From assembly GCA_046590205.1 (NCBI GenBank), contig JBKJTT010000088.1, forward strand, positions 733 to 64,732: a stretch of DNA of 64,000 nt. The letters are read 5' to 3'. Under the pieces are notes generated by a model that saw only the letters and a program-made list of their open reading frames with translations, was not told where the DNA came from and ran no database searches. This stretch comes from Candidatus Kapaibacterium sp. (lineage in GTDB: Bacteria; Bacteroidota; Ignavibacteria; Palsa-1295). Position 1 is the first letter of the stretch. Each line of letters opens with the position of its first letter. Of this stretch, positions 28,244 to 36,435 are shown piece after piece. The position numbers were made by a program, and so were the translations under genes.

Positions 28244-29239
28244 GTGGCAACGCTTGAATCACTCATTGGTAAGCAGCGGATGTGGCTGCATATTACTCTG
28301 TTTCTAATAACTTTCTTTACTACAACTATAGCAGGAGTTGCATGGAGCGGACATAACCCCCTTGAATTGGAGAATCTTCAATATGGGCTTGAGTATGCTC
28401 TGCTATTATTGATATTTCTCTCAGCTCATGAGTTTGGTCATTTCATTGCTGCGCGGATTCATAATGTTGATGCAACCCTGCCTTTCTATATCCCTTTTCC
28501 AGGCACAATGCTTGGTATCATGCCTAACTTCGGAACGTTCGGAGCGGTCATCAAGACTCGCTCACGGATGACCTCGAAGAAAATAGTATTTGATGTAGGA
28601 GTTGCAGGACCTATTGCAGGGTTCATCGTATGTGTTGTGATACTTGCTGTCGGCTTTATGACTCTGCCTGGGATAGAATACTTGCAGAAGATACATCCAG
28701 GGTATCCTAACGTTACATCACAAGTAGGAAGTGAACTTGTTTTTGGTAAAACACTTTTGTACTCACTCTTTGAATCAGTGTTTGCACCCTCAGGAGCATA
28801 TTTGCCTCCGATGTCGGAGATGTATCACTATCCAATGCTTATCGTTGGCTGGTTTGGACTCTTCGTAACAGGATTAAATTTATTGCCTGTTGGGCAGCTT
28901 GACGGGGGGCATCTTACCTTCGCGATGTTTAGCCAAAAGACACATAAGGCAGTTGGTATAGGAGTAGTTGTCATGCTTGCAGCTATTTCGTTACCCGAGT
29001 TATTTATTTCCTTTGCATTATCCGATAACTTTCATGTCCCGGATTTTTTCAACGCACTTGTTGTGCCAGGCGGTTCGTCATGGATATTTTGGGTTCTCAT
29101 GATCGTATTTATTATAAAGTTGAAACATCCCCCGGTTGATTCCGATGAACCTCTTGATACTAGAAGAATGATCATCGGTTACCTGACGATGCTTATGTTT
29201 GTACTTTCCTTTACTCCTTCACCGCTTGTTCTACAATAG
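28244..29239 (+). CDS. M50-family site-2 protease (membrane zinc metalloprotease)
   Basis: HEFGH zinc-binding motif within a TM helix; multiple TM segments; LDGGH (LPVGQLDGGH) second motif. GTG start at 28244 with an alternative ATG at 28280. Confidence 0.85.
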   Translation: MATLESLIGKQRMWLHITLFLITFFTTTIAGVAWSGHNPLELENLQYGLEYALLLLIFLSAHEFGHFIAARIHNVDATLPFYIPFPGTMLGIMPNFGTFGAVIKTRSRMTSKKIVFDVGVAGPIAGFIVCVVILAVGFMTLPGIEYLQKIHPGYPNVTSQVGSELVFGKTLLYSLFESVFAPSGAYLPPMSEMYHYPMLIVGWFGLFVTGLNLLPVGQLDGGHLTFAMFSQKTHKAVGIGVVVMLAAISLPELFISFALSDNFHVPDFFNALVVPGGSSWIFWVLMIVFIIKLKHPPVDSDEPLDTRRMIIGYLTMLMFVLSFTPSPLVLQ

Positions 29240-30890
29240 AATAAAAGAGTATCCTATTGAGTACCTTTTGCTTGCAATCACAGTATGCTTGCAGTTCTAC
29301 CGACTTGGAATGGGGGAGATACAGTCGTGGGATGAAGCACTCTATTGTGTCCGAGCGGATGCCTGTTTGAAGTTTGGTGCATGGCTTGACCAAACACAGT
29401 ATGCCGTTGGAGGGCTTTACTCATCGACGCACCCAACGCTTGGAATATGGGGCATTGCACTCGGGAAGTTTATCTTTGGAGATGCAACATTTGCTCCGCG
29501 TCTGTTCATAGCACTTTCCTCGATAGTCTCACTTATTTACGTATATAAACTTGCAAAGTATCTAACATCAGAGAAGACAGCTCTTGTATCAACGATTCTT
29601 TTCGGTAATGCACAACTATGGTTATGGTACGGACATCATGCACAACTTGATGTGCCGATGCACACCGCTATTCTTGTCTGTTCGTATTACACAATTCGTT
29701 CGTATGACCGAGAGCATAAATCACTTGTTCTTGCCTGTCTTTTCTTTGGCGTTGCTCTTTTGACTAAAGCATTTCAACCACTCTATATACTACCATTTTT
29801 ATTGCTCATTGGCTATTTATTCTCAAAGGAGAAGTCGTTAAGGAAAACGCTTCAAATAGTTATTATTGGAACCACGATTGCTCTCCCATGGTACCTCATG
29901 ATGATATTACAGTACGAAACATATCTTGGTAATTGGTCAAGTCTCTTTTCCTCACTCGGATCAGGTACATACCATGAAACTCCCGGAAGGTGGTGGTATT
30001 ATAGTAATCAGCTTATCAATAGTTATCCGTTTGTATTTATACTCGTTCTGCCTGTAGCAAAGATCATTATATTTATAAAAAATAAAATAACAATAGCACG
30101 TGATCAAAAGATATTTATTTGCTCGTTGGCATGGCTTGTGGTTATGCTTCTCCTCGTCTCTGGGATGAAGACGAATATGCCGCATTTTGTATTATTTATA
30201 TCAATACCAACTATATTCTGTACTATCTTTGCGATAGAGCAGTTATTGAAAAAGCAGAACAAAGGTATTACTATATTATCACTAACTCTTACTGCTATTG
30301 CTATACTATGGGGTATGAGTGAACAATTGCGAATGTTCATCAAAGGCGAGTTACATCTCCCATTTGAATACGATCTGGTTCTGCTTGTTGTTTTGAGCAT
30401 CATTATCTTAATGATGAGTGTATATGTCTGTAAAATAGGGAAAGGTGATGCCAAGATTATTGTAATATTGCTCGCTGTCCTTGTCTTTGGTAATGTATAT
30501 CGATGGAGTATTAAAAGTGAACGTGTTTATATTAGCGGAGCTAAAGAAGCTGTATCAGCGCTATCGGGTGTCGAAACTATACTGATTATCCATAATGATG
30601 CGCCACATGAAAATCTTATGCCGCAGTTTGCCTATTATTCAAAGGGAATGAACCTCGGTTGGCACAAAGATAAACACACCACAACTATGCCATTGAACTC
30701 TGGTCTAATAGATTCACTCTCTTCTCGGTTAAAGAATGTCGATGCAGTTGTCTTACACAAAGCATGGGATAGATATTATCAACATGATTCAACAAAAATA
30801 GAACTTTTGGCATCAATGAATCTGCTATTATCGAAGAGTTTTAACTCTCGTCTTGTAACTCGACAATATGATGTATATCTTCGGAATTAG
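29199..30890 (+). CDS. ArnT/PMT-like (GT39/GT83-type) membrane glycosyltransferase
   Basis: First TM followed by SWDEALY (DExRY-like motif in the first periplasmic loop), then ~10 TM helices and a C-terminal soluble domain. Start uncertain (TTG at 29199 overlaps the M50 gene by 41 nt). Confidence 0.7.
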   Translation: MYFPLLLHRLFYNRIKEYPIEYLLLAITVCLQFYRLGMGEIQSWDEALYCVRADACLKFGAWLDQTQYAVGGLYSSTHPTLGIWGIALGKFIFGDATFAPRLFIALSSIVSLIYVYKLAKYLTSEKTALVSTILFGNAQLWLWYGHHAQLDVPMHTAILVCSYYTIRSYDREHKSLVLACLFFGVALLTKAFQPLYILPFLLLIGYLFSKEKSLRKTLQIVIIGTTIALPWYLMMILQYETYLGNWSSLFSSLGSGTYHETPGRWWYYSNQLINSYPFVFILVLPVAKIIIFIKNKITIARDQKIFICSLAWLVVMLLLVSGMKTNMPHFVLFISIPTIFCTIFAIEQLLKKQNKGITILSLTLTAIAILWGMSEQLRMFIKGELHLPFEYDLVLLVVLSIIILMMSVYVCKIGKGDAKIIVILLAVLVFGNVYRWSIKSERVYISGAKEAVSALSGVETILIIHNDAPHENLMPQFAYYSKGMNLGWHKDKHTTTMPLNSGLIDSLSSRLKNVDAVVLHKAWDRYYQHDSTKIELLASMNLLLSKSFNSRLVTRQYDVYLRN

Positions 30891-32064
30891 AGTTTGCCAA
30901 TGAATTGATAAGAAGTGAGACAGATTCCTTGACTGTATTAACCGGTATTGTGCTAATCGGCTTGCCTTTTGAAGGGAGGATAACCACATAGGGGGTTTTA
31001 TAAGGCAGCCATTCATTCTTTGCCAAGTAGAACGCAATGATTGGTTTCATTTCGGCACTTGTAAGATGAACGATAGATGTATCCGGAGTAATAACAATAC
31101 TTGCAAACCTTACAAGAGCTGCCATTTCTTGGGCATGCAACGTCTCAATGTAGTGCGCTCCTGGGTGCTTCATGCACTTGATCATTTGTCGGATAGTATC
31201 ACCATTTTTTGAAAGTCCGGAGATTATTAGTCCGTATTCAGGAAAGTTAGCTAAAAGGTATTCTGCTAATGCAAAATTATTTTCGATACCCCATTTCTTA
31301 AAATCAGGAGCATCAGTATTCAAGAGAATGTATTTACTCTTCGCAATTGAAGAGAGGTAGTCTTTCGTTTGACTAGAAATATTCTCAAGCATCTTATCGT
31401 TTATAATAATGCTTGGTCTTTGCTCCTCTACCTTTGATCCAAAATTGATAGTATTAAGCAATAGATACTGCAAGGCACTTACCATTGACATTTGAGTAAT
31501 ATCTGTAGGGAGTTTTACAAGTCGTGAAAATAGCTTCTGATGGCCTTGTTTGCTACTAGCACCTACTGTAGCAGTGACACCGTCGGGAGAGGAAAGACGT
31601 GCAATAATAGCATTCCTTGTTTTTTGATTGAACGAACATACGATAACAACATCCCACTGTTCTTTGCGAACTGGTTTTGTTAATTGAAAAAAGTCAAACA
31701 AAGAACGTGCAGAGTAATCATATATTACATCAACATCCCGGTCATTATGAATGATACCTATATTCTTATAGCTGCCTGCTACTCCAATCTTGATAGATGG
31801 TTTTATTCGTTTTAATATCCTCCACAGCGGAGTTGTAACAATCATATCACCAAGGGCATCATAACGTATAAATAATACACTGTTAACTTCTTCTATTGGT
31901 ACAGGTCGTAATAGGGTTTTAATACGCAATATTTTGCCAAGAAGACCAAGCGTCAAAAACTTATTGATCACTTCGATTTTTTGTATGATCCCTCTTGAGA
32001 GCGGCAGTCCGTCAGCATATTCTTTTTGCTCTTTGTACTTATAGCTATGGTTACTGCTCGCCAT
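30841..32064 (-). CDS. Glycosyltransferase family 9 (LPS heptosyltransferase-like)
   Basis: LFIRYDALGDMIVTTPLWRILK (GT9 N-terminal motif) and the C-terminal GT-B domain ...ITPDTSIVHLTSA. Confidence 0.8.
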   Translation of the reverse strand: MASSNHSYKYKEQKEYADGLPLSRGIIQKIEVINKFLTLGLLGKILRIKTLLRPVPIEEVNSVLFIRYDALGDMIVTTPLWRILKRIKPSIKIGVAGSYKNIGIIHNDRDVDVIYDYSARSLFDFFQLTKPVRKEQWDVVIVCSFNQKTRNAIIARLSSPDGVTATVGASSKQGHQKLFSRLVKLPTDITQMSMVSALQYLLLNTINFGSKVEEQRPSIIINDKMLENISSQTKDYLSSIAKSKYILLNTDAPDFKKWGIENNFALAEYLLANFPEYGLIISGLSKNGDTIRQMIKCMKHPGAHYIETLHAQEMAALVRFASIVITPDTSIVHLTSAEMKPIIAFYLAKNEWLPYKTPYVVILPSKGKPISTIPVNTVKESVSLLINSLANSNSEDIHHIVELQDES

Positions 32065-32072
32065 TTGGGACT

Positions 32073-33917
32073 CTAATTAATTGATGGTTCTGACTGAATC
32101 AAATGTAATTTACGGTATAACCCATCAAGATTTTTCATTAGATCATCGTGCGTTCCTACTTCACTAATTGAGCCATTCTCGAATACAATAATAGAATCAG
32201 CTTTACGGATCGTTGATAATCGATGTGCAATAACAACGGCTGTACGATGTTCTAATAGACGTTCGATTGCTTCTTGTACAAGCATTTCATTCTCGGTATC
32301 GAGTGCGCTGGTTGCTTCATCAAAGATAAGTATTGGTGGATCTTTGAGCAAAGCTCTTGCAATGGCAATACGCTGACGTTGCCCACCAGAGAGACGTACC
32401 CCACGGTCACCGGCAATTGTGTTATATCCATTTGGCATGGCAGAAATAAATTCATGAGCATTTGCTGCTTTAGCTGCTTCATAGATCATCTCGCGCGAAG
32501 CAGTTTTGTTGCCGTATGCAATATTATTATAGATCGAGTCATGAAAAAGGACTGTATCTTGAGTTACGATACCAAAAAGTTTACGACGGGAATCCAAATC
32601 GTATTCCCGCATGTCTTTTCCTTCGAGTTTGATTATTCCGGAAGTAGGATCATAAAAACGTACAAGTAAGTCAACAAATGTTGTTTTACCAGCACCACTT
32701 GGTCCGACAAGTGCGATAACCTGATTCGGTTCAAGGGTAAGCGATATGTTCTTTATTGCTTGATCGGTTTGATTCTTATAGGCAAATGTGACATCTTCAA
32801 ATAGAATAGGAGATGTTATTGTACTTGGTGCAGTAAAAGTACCTGAAGGGACGCTTGGTTTTGCATCGAGGACGGTAAATACATTCTCGGCTGCAGCGGT
32901 ACCTTCATGGAGTCTCGCAATTATTTGACTAAGTGTTCGCACCGGCTGCATGAGATAGATCAGAGAGAAAAGAAATACAAGTAGTTCTTGACCTTCCATC
33001 GTCCCGGCAAAGACCTGATTGCCACCAAGCCAAAGAATACAAATAAACCCGATGATTGCTACAGTTTCAGTGAGAGGGCTAATGGTTAGACGAATTCGCG
33101 AAAGACGTCTGGAAAACTTAAAGTGTTTATGTGTTTCAGTCTTGAAGCGGTCGCTTTCATAACTCTCCATTCCAAACGATTTGATAACCTTTATACCGGA
33201 TATTGTTTCATGTGCAACGCCCATGAAGCCGCCAATATTTTCTTGTATCTTGTGTGCATAGCTCTTGAGCGTCTTTCCCATCACATTAATAATGAGAAAA
33301 CTTGTGACCGCTATTCCAACGGCAAAAAGAGAAAGCAGGGGACTGATGTAGAGCATAAACGATAGTTGTATTACTATCTGGATTGGCTCTCTGATGATAG
33401 AAGTAACTGTCGAAGTGATCGCTCCATTGACAACTCCAACATCATCAGTAACACGCAGCAAAAGCTGGCCGCTTCGTCTGTCGTAAAAATAGTCAAGCGA
33501 AAGGGAAGTCAACTTTTCAAAAACGGCATCACGCAATGATTTATTGGTGCTCCCTTCAAAGAGAGACATAAAATATCCACCAATGTAGCTAAAAACATTT
33601 TTTAATGTATAAAGGGTAATAAGGAATAACGATATTTTTAATAGTCCATCCGTCTTAGATCCCGAAGTAAAATACGATACGAAGCTATCAAGAAGAGATT
33701 GTTTGTCAATGATGGAGACGTTGGGAATCGAGATACCGCCGGTTGGCAGTGATGCTTCTTTTGTGATACCCAAGAGCACTGACAACGCAGGAAGCAATGA
33801 GATGATACTTAGTGACTCAAGTGCAGCAGAAATAGTGGTGAAGATAATAGATATATAAAACTTACTTCGCGCCTTTTTGGTAAAGGGCATCAATCGTCTA
33901 TAGATATTCATTATCAT
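32073..33917 (-). CDS. ABC transporter permease/ATP-binding protein (MsbA-like lipid/glycolipid exporter)
   Basis: 6-TM domain; Walker A GPSGAGKTT, LSGGQRQRIAIARALL, Walker B ILIFDEATSALD. Confidence 0.9.
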   Translation of the reverse strand: MIMNIYRRLMPFTKKARSKFYISIIFTTISAALESLSIISLLPALSVLLGITKEASLPTGGISIPNVSIIDKQSLLDSFVSYFTSGSKTDGLLKISLFLITLYTLKNVFSYIGGYFMSLFEGSTNKSLRDAVFEKLTSLSLDYFYDRRSGQLLLRVTDDVGVVNGAITSTVTSIIREPIQIVIQLSFMLYISPLLSLFAVGIAVTSFLIINVMGKTLKSYAHKIQENIGGFMGVAHETISGIKVIKSFGMESYESDRFKTETHKHFKFSRRLSRIRLTISPLTETVAIIGFICILWLGGNQVFAGTMEGQELLVFLFSLIYLMQPVRTLSQIIARLHEGTAAAENVFTVLDAKPSVPSGTFTAPSTITSPILFEDVTFAYKNQTDQAIKNISLTLEPNQVIALVGPSGAGKTTFVDLLVRFYDPTSGIIKLEGKDMREYDLDSRRKLFGIVTQDTVLFHDSIYNNIAYGNKTASREMIYEAAKAANAHEFISAMPNGYNTIAGDRGVRLSGGQRQRIAIARALLKDPPILIFDEATSALDTENEMLVQEAIERLLEHRTAVVIAHRLSTIRKADSIIVFENGSISEVGTHDDLMKNLDGLYRKLHLIQSEPSIN

Positions 33918-35008
33918 AAAGCTGCCTCCATTAGTTGGTGTGTTTTTACAACTGAAGAAGAATATAGCTCTTTGTAGTAAGAAACTACCTCATTTACATC
34001 AACTTCTGACAAATTATCCTTTGAGATCATTCTGTATTCAACGCTAATTGGTGTCCAATAATGCAATGATGGAGGAAATGTTCTTGCTATCATCAGCACC
34101 GGGATTCCGTATGCAGAGCACAAGTGAACAGCGGAAGTATCGGGGGTGATCACCATCGAGCACGAACGCAATAGCGAAGCATAATCTATAAACGAATTTG
34201 TCGTTGGTGCAGGTTTAATCCGAGAGTCATTTGTAATCGAGAGGATCTCTTGGACATATACCTCATCTTTTGGATGAAAATAGAATAATATCTCATTGGT
34301 CAACCCGGTTTCAATGATTGCTTTTGCAATTTCTACATTTTTTGAGATGGGAATGTAACGATCAACTGCCCCTGCCGAAAAGACGATTCCGACTCTTCCC
34401 TCTACTTTTTTGAATGGGATATCCTTGAGTGCAGGGCGTAGAAAAAGTGTATCCGGATCAATACCGAATGGGGTCAAAAGTTCGGCAATGCGTCGGGCGA
34501 TATGGTGTTTGCTCTGATCAAGACGCGAAACAAGCACATTGTAACTCGAAGAATTCTCTTTCTCGATCCCTACTGAATATGTTGCACCGATTGCTGCTGT
34601 CAAGATAGATGATGTTGCTGAGGCATTATCCTGAAGGTCAATGAGCACATCAATTTTCTTTTTACGAAGAGAGCGCAGTAAACTTATGTCAGAGAAGAGC
34701 TTTTTCTTGTATATGAATGTCTCACACTTAATAGGTAAGAGCGGTGCAATGCCTTTATTATTCTCACCCAAGAGCATCATCATTTCGGCATCAGGATATT
34801 TTTCATGCAATGCAACAAGCAGCGGAGTAGTGATGATCGCATCACCAAGTCTATCTTGACGCAGAAGGAGTATCTTCGGTTTGGGCGGAAGGGGAAGTGG
34901 GCGTATGGTGGTCGCTTGAGTCGAGCGTTTTGATAATAGGGAAATGAAGGCACGGCGCACAGCGAGTTCGCCGCGTTTGAGTATGCGCTGTATTGCTGTT
35001 TCCTTCAT
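33914..35008 (-). CDS. Glycosyltransferase family 9 (heptosyltransferase-like)
   Basis: ILLLRQDRLGDAIITTPLLVAL and C-terminal ...ITPDTSAVHLCSAYGIPV; stop overlaps the MsbA-like start (ATGA). Confidence 0.8.
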   Translation of the reverse strand: MKETAIQRILKRGELAVRRAFISLLSKRSTQATTIRPLPLPPKPKILLLRQDRLGDAIITTPLLVALHEKYPDAEMMMLLGENNKGIAPLLPIKCETFIYKKKLFSDISLLRSLRKKKIDVLIDLQDNASATSSILTAAIGATYSVGIEKENSSSYNVLVSRLDQSKHHIARRIAELLTPFGIDPDTLFLRPALKDIPFKKVEGRVGIVFSAGAVDRYIPISKNVEIAKAIIETGLTNEILFYFHPKDEVYVQEILSITNDSRIKPAPTTNSFIDYASLLRSCSMVITPDTSAVHLCSAYGIPVLMIARTFPPSLHYWTPISVEYRMISKDNLSEVDVNEVVSYYKELYSSSVVKTHQLMEAAL

Positions 35009-35033
35009 TTGGTGATAAAACCTCTATAAATGC

Positions 35034-35063
35034 AAAAGTCGCTTCAATTACGAAGCGACTTTT
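35034..35063 (-). terminator. Intrinsic terminator hairpin downstream of rpmB (12-bp perfect stem AAAAGTCGCTTC / GAAGCGACTTTT, 6-nt loop)
   Basis: Stem pairs verified; 19 nt downstream of the rpmB stop; U-rich tract follows on the minus-strand transcript. Confidence 0.6.
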
Positions 35064-35081
35064 CACTTAGCTTAGAAAAGC

Positions 35082-35309
35082 TTACTGACCGTTTCTCTTG
35101 AACGACTTGAACGCACTAAATCCGCTCTTATCAAGAGTACGGAATGCGCGAGCTGTCGCTTTGATCTTTATAAAACGGTTGTTATCCGGATCCCATACAC
35201 GCTTTGTCTGCAAGTTAGGGATGAAACGTGTCTTCACGCGATTAACTGCGTGAGATACGTGGTTTCCTGCAACTGGCTTTACGCCAGAAAGTTCACAAAC
35301 TCTTGCCAT
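35082..35309 (-). CDS. rpmB: 50S ribosomal protein L28
   Basis: MARVCELSGVKPVAGNHVSHAVNRVKTRFIPNLQTKRVW matches the bL28 consensus. Confidence 0.9.
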   Translation of the reverse strand: MARVCELSGVKPVAGNHVSHAVNRVKTRFIPNLQTKRVWDPDNNRFIKIKATARAFRTLDKSGFSAFKSFKRNGQ

Positions 35310-35324
35310 TGTCGTTATTCCTTA

Positions 35325-35654
35325 TTATTTCAATCCTTCAGCAACGAACGGAAGCAAAGCCAAGTGGCGTGCCTGTTTGATAGTATTCTCGACCAAGCGC
35401 TGATTTGAAGCACTTAAGCCAGTGATACGATTTGGAAGTATCTTGCCGCGATCATTCAAGAAGCGTTCAAGAATACGAATATCACGGTAATCAAGATACG
35501 TAATGCTGCGAAGTTTGAGCGGATCAACCTTCTTCTTTGTCATGTCGCGCTTGTTACGTTGGTTCAAGCCGAACTGACCGCCACGACCGCCTGCTGCGCC
35601 GCCACGCTGATTACCTGCTGCACCTGCTTGGGTGCGTTGTGGTTTGAATGCCAT
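35325..35654 (-). CDS. rpsR: 30S ribosomal protein S18
   Basis: ...ITYLDYRDIRILERFLNDRGKILPNRITGLSASNQRLVENTIKQARHLALLPF matches the bS18 core; Gly/Arg-rich N-terminal extension. Confidence 0.9.
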   Translation of the reverse strand: MAFKPQRTQAGAAGNQRGGAAGGRGGQFGLNQRNKRDMTKKKVDPLKLRSITYLDYRDIRILERFLNDRGKILPNRITGLSASNQRLVENTIKQARHLALLPFVAEGLK

Positions 35655-35680
35655 ACTCGTTCTCTGTAAAAATTATAGTA

Positions 35681-35884
35681 TTAAAGTATGATCGCTTCTC
35701 CGCCACCCTCTGGTTCTGCCAGGCGAGTGATGCGATCCTCGAAGCGGTAGTTCTTACCGTTCTTTGCAATACCGATGAAGCGAACCGGTGTGAGCTTTGC
35801 GTTCTTACCGAGTTGAGGAACAAATTCGATCTTCTCGACCGACTGTTTCTTCATCTTATCACCGAATGTTTGTTGTTTTGCCAT
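35681..35884 (-). CDS. Small basic hypothetical protein co-transcribed with rpsR-rpmB (possibly DUF4295-like)
   Basis: 67 aa, MAKQQTFGDKMKKQSVEKIEFVPQLGKNAKLTPVRFIGIAKNGKNYRFEDRITRL...; Lys-rich; 26 nt upstream of rpsR on the same strand. It is not S6, L33 or S21 by motif. Confidence 0.55.
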   Translation of the reverse strand: MAKQQTFGDKMKKQSVEKIEFVPQLGKNAKLTPVRFIGIAKNGKNYRFEDRITRLAEPEGGGEAIIL

Positions 35885-35999
35885 ATTCTCGTAACTTCAA
35901 TATAAGCAATCCCTTATGGAAAAGCTGTTTCTAAAGCCAATAATAAACACAGACCTCCGTTTTGGAGTTCAATAAATATGCGAAATTTGGGTATTTTGG

Positions 36000-36413
36000 C
36001 TAATCGTTCGGTGCGCCACGTAGGATCCACGTCCTAATAGCTTCGATCTCGGCAGCGGGAAGCGCACTTAAACGTTCTGGCATTTGCGCCCCTTCATCTG
36101 AACGCGGACCTTTGACCTTTATATACAAAAAGCTCGAATCCGGTTTTCCGGGGACTACTAATCGTGGGTAACGGCTCTTAGCGGCTGTATTCTGACTGAA
36201 ACTACCTAGTAGCTCATTATATGATGAATCGGGTCTGAGATCAAGCAATGCCTTCGGGAATGTGCCACCGTGACAAGAGCTGCTATTGCAGTTTTTGTCA
36301 AAAGTTCGCGTTTGAATGTCGGAGAACTTATCAGGAAGCGGGGTGACCGTTGTAGTTTCAGAGCATCCATACAAAGAAACAATCATTGCGAGAATCATCA
36401 CAAACTTTATCAT
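36000..36413 (-). CDS. Small lipoprotein with a PSCyt1-like (planctomycete-type cytochrome c) domain carrying a CX4CH motif
   Basis: Signal peptide MIKFVMILAMIVSLYGC; FDKNCNSSSCHGG...LVVPGKPDSSFLYIKV...MPERLSALPAAEIEAIRTWILRGA follows the PSCyt1 consensus (F..C..CHG...VVPG.P..S.L...MP...LS..EI..I..WI..GA) but with two extra residues between the Cys pair. Confidence 0.65.
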   Translation of the reverse strand: MIKFVMILAMIVSLYGCSETTTVTPLPDKFSDIQTRTFDKNCNSSSCHGGTFPKALLDLRPDSSYNELLGSFSQNTAAKSRYPRLVVPGKPDSSFLYIKVKGPRSDEGAQMPERLSALPAAEIEAIRTWILRGAPND

Positions 36414-36435
36414 ACATATTACTTTAGGGTAAATG

